The notes under the pieces: generated by a model
Databases searched by the model: none
What the model saw: the letters and a program-made list of their open reading frames with translations, nothing else
What the model was told of the DNA's origin: nothing
Position numbers and translations under genes: made by a program
From: an uncultured Acidobacteriota bacterium
Lineage (GTDB): Bacteria > Acidobacteriota > UBA6911
Length of the DNA stretch: 64,000 bases
Assembly (NCBI GenBank): GCA_963827655.1
Contig: CAWHCF010000001.1
Coordinates: 48,399 to 112,398 of the forward strand
Direction: 5' to 3'
In this document: one piece after another, positions 62,247 to 64,000 of the stretch
Layout of the letters: each line of letters begins with the position of its first letter
How positions within the stretch are numbered: the stretch's first letter is position 1

Positions 62247-62453
62247 GCGATGGCCTCGATTTATGAGGTGGAGGTTGGGGGTCAGGTCGTTAATTCAGAA
62301 TGCATCATGATGCTCTGAAAGCGAAGTTAAGAGATTAGCAGATCGGACAACCGGATACCATACGAGCGGCTTTTGGCGAGCCTCTTCGGGTCCTCGAGTC
62401 TTTTCGTGGTTAGTGAAGGGGAACAAAGGTCTAACGCAAAGACGCCAAATCCA

Positions 62454-62558
62454 TTACAACGCGTAAGGAACTGTAACAAATTTGTGCCGCCTGGGAGGAA
62501 AGTCGCGCGTGTTGCGCGTCACCAATCGGAGTCCGTTGTGTTTTGCCACGGCGGCCTG
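62454..62558 (-). pseudogene. C-terminal remnant of a PIN/VapC toxin
   Basis: QAAVAKHNGLRLVTRNTRDFPP...VPYAL-stop is a PIN C-terminal pattern; the rest of the gene is absent. Confidence 0.7.
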
Positions 62559-62622
62559 CGGGTACGCTGCGAAATCCCCAGTCCACCGGGAAGTAAGCTT
62601 GAGCGTCCTGGCGGTGAACGTC

Positions 62623-63682
62623 CTACGGAATATCTCCGAGCGGAACTTCGACGTACCGGATCTTCTTCCGGTTCCAGGTATAGGTGATGTGCAGGTTGCC
62701 GTCCGAGCCCTGTATGATCGCCGGATAAGAGAACTCACCCGGCTCGCTTTCCAGAGTCACGACCGGCGTCCAGTTCTCGCCGTCTTTGCTGACGGCCAGG
62801 TTGAGAGGACTGCGGCCCTTTTCCGTGTGGTTGTAGACCAGAACCATCCGCCCGTCACGCAAACCCACGGCATCGATGCCGCTGTTCGGATTAGGAAGCT
62901 TCGTCGGCCTGGCCTCGGTCCAGGTCACGCCGCCGTCGTTCGAATCGGCATAGGAGATTCGGCCGATATTCCGGGTCGAGCGGACAAACATCCGCAGCCG
63001 ATTGCCTCCGACCGGCACAATGGCCGGCTGAATGATTCCGTGGGTACGCCCCCCGGCCTCCGAGCCCGCGACCGCCGCCGCTTCTGTGGCGAGGCGGCGC
63101 TCCTGCGGCGATAATCGGTCCGTGCTTGCTCCAGCTCTTGCCGTTGTCGGAGCTTCGCTCGACCCAGCAGGACCAGGAGCGGTAGCTCTCGACGGACGTG
63201 CCGCTCACGATGGTGCCGTCGGCCAGCAGCAGCGGCTTGTTCTTTATCGGACCATAAAGGCCTGCGGGGAGATGTTCGATCGCCGACCAGGTCGCGCCGT
63301 CGTCCCGGCTCCATCGACGGCCTGCCGTCCAGGTCATTGGACTGGGCCCGAACTTGTAATAGAGCCAGAGCGTTCTGTCCTTGCTGTAGAAAAGCACAGG
63401 ATTGTATGCGGCGGTGTTGGGCTCGCGCGCCAGTTCGAAAGGCTCAGACCACTTGCCCTGAGACCTGCGCGCTCCCCATATGGCCACGTCAGGCTTCCCC
63501 TCCCCGGTTCCGCCAAACCAGGCCGCGAAGAATTGGTTGGGCCCCGTTTCGACGATGGTTGAGGCGTGGCACGAGGGAAAAGGAGCGCTCTCGTAGATGA
63601 ATTCGGCTCTGGGTGCGGCGACGAGTGACATTGCACACAAGAGGAGCGTTGTTAAGCTCAGGGTGGTGGCTACTCGAATCAT
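62623..63682 (-). CDS. Sialidase-like BNR/Asp-box protein (frameshift near 63050-63080)
   Basis: FPSCHASTI, WFGGT, Asp boxes SRDDGATW, SSDNGKSW, SNDGGVTW and SKDGENW, NPNSG, SYPAII. Confidence 0.85.
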
Positions 63683-63704
63683 AACCAACAGAATTTTCCG
63701 CCTT

Positions 63705-63992
63705 CTAGTCACGGTCTATTTCCAAGAATTCCTTGGTCGCTCCCCGGATCGGCTGAATCGGCAACCGACGCATCTTTCTCGGGGAACGCTCCGCCGGCAC
63801 AACGACTCCTAGAGACTGCAGTCTTTCGACGCGTGCATCAAAAGACTGCTCTTGCTCCTGCTGGTAAGGAATGACTTCCGCGACCGGCCGCCCGCGTTCC
63901 GTGATGATGATTCTGCGCCGATCTTTCACTTTGCGGATGATTTCGCTGAAACGAGCCTTTGCTTCGTAAATCGAATATTGTTTGGGCCCCAT
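63705..63992 (-). CDS. Phd/YefM family antitoxin without an intact toxin downstream
   Basis: YSIYEAKARFSEIIRKV...IITERGRPVAEVIP. Confidence 0.88.
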   Translation of the reverse strand: MGPKQYSIYEAKARFSEIIRKVKDRRRIIITERGRPVAEVIPYQQEQEQSFDARVERLQSLGVVVPAERSPRKMRRLPIQPIRGATKEFLEIDRD

Positions 63993-64000
63993 GACTGCAT

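Overview
High-GC bacterial chromosomal window, most consistent with an Acidobacteria-type genome (Oar-like TonB receptor, ThuA/SMP-30/FG-GAP secreted proteins, heptamer intergenic arrays; taxon is inference). About a dozen single-base frameshifts in otherwise intact genes point to an unpolished long-read assembly. Main content: (1) a complete quinohemoprotein amine dehydrogenase locus qhpG-A-D-C-B-F-E (33.1-42.7 kb) with a variant gamma subunit and a downstream Tat-exported M28-like protein lacking the usual Zn ligands; (2) senA-senB selenoneine genes without an adjacent senC/selD, followed by a TonB-dependent receptor; (3) an AT-richer island (3.7-10.1 kb) of secreted Ig-like, beta-helix and FG-GAP proteins bracketed by direct repeats, including a 92-aa protein made only of the N- and C-terminal ends of the neighbouring beta-helix protein; (4) an atu/liu-like acyl-CoA catabolic operon with no biotin carboxylase; (5) two intact vapBC-type TA pairs and a third whose toxin appears broken by a sialidase-like gene; (6) many inverted heptamer/nonamer arrays, REP-like hairpins and a 226-bp MITE. 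No rRNA, tRNA or CRISPR array was seen.
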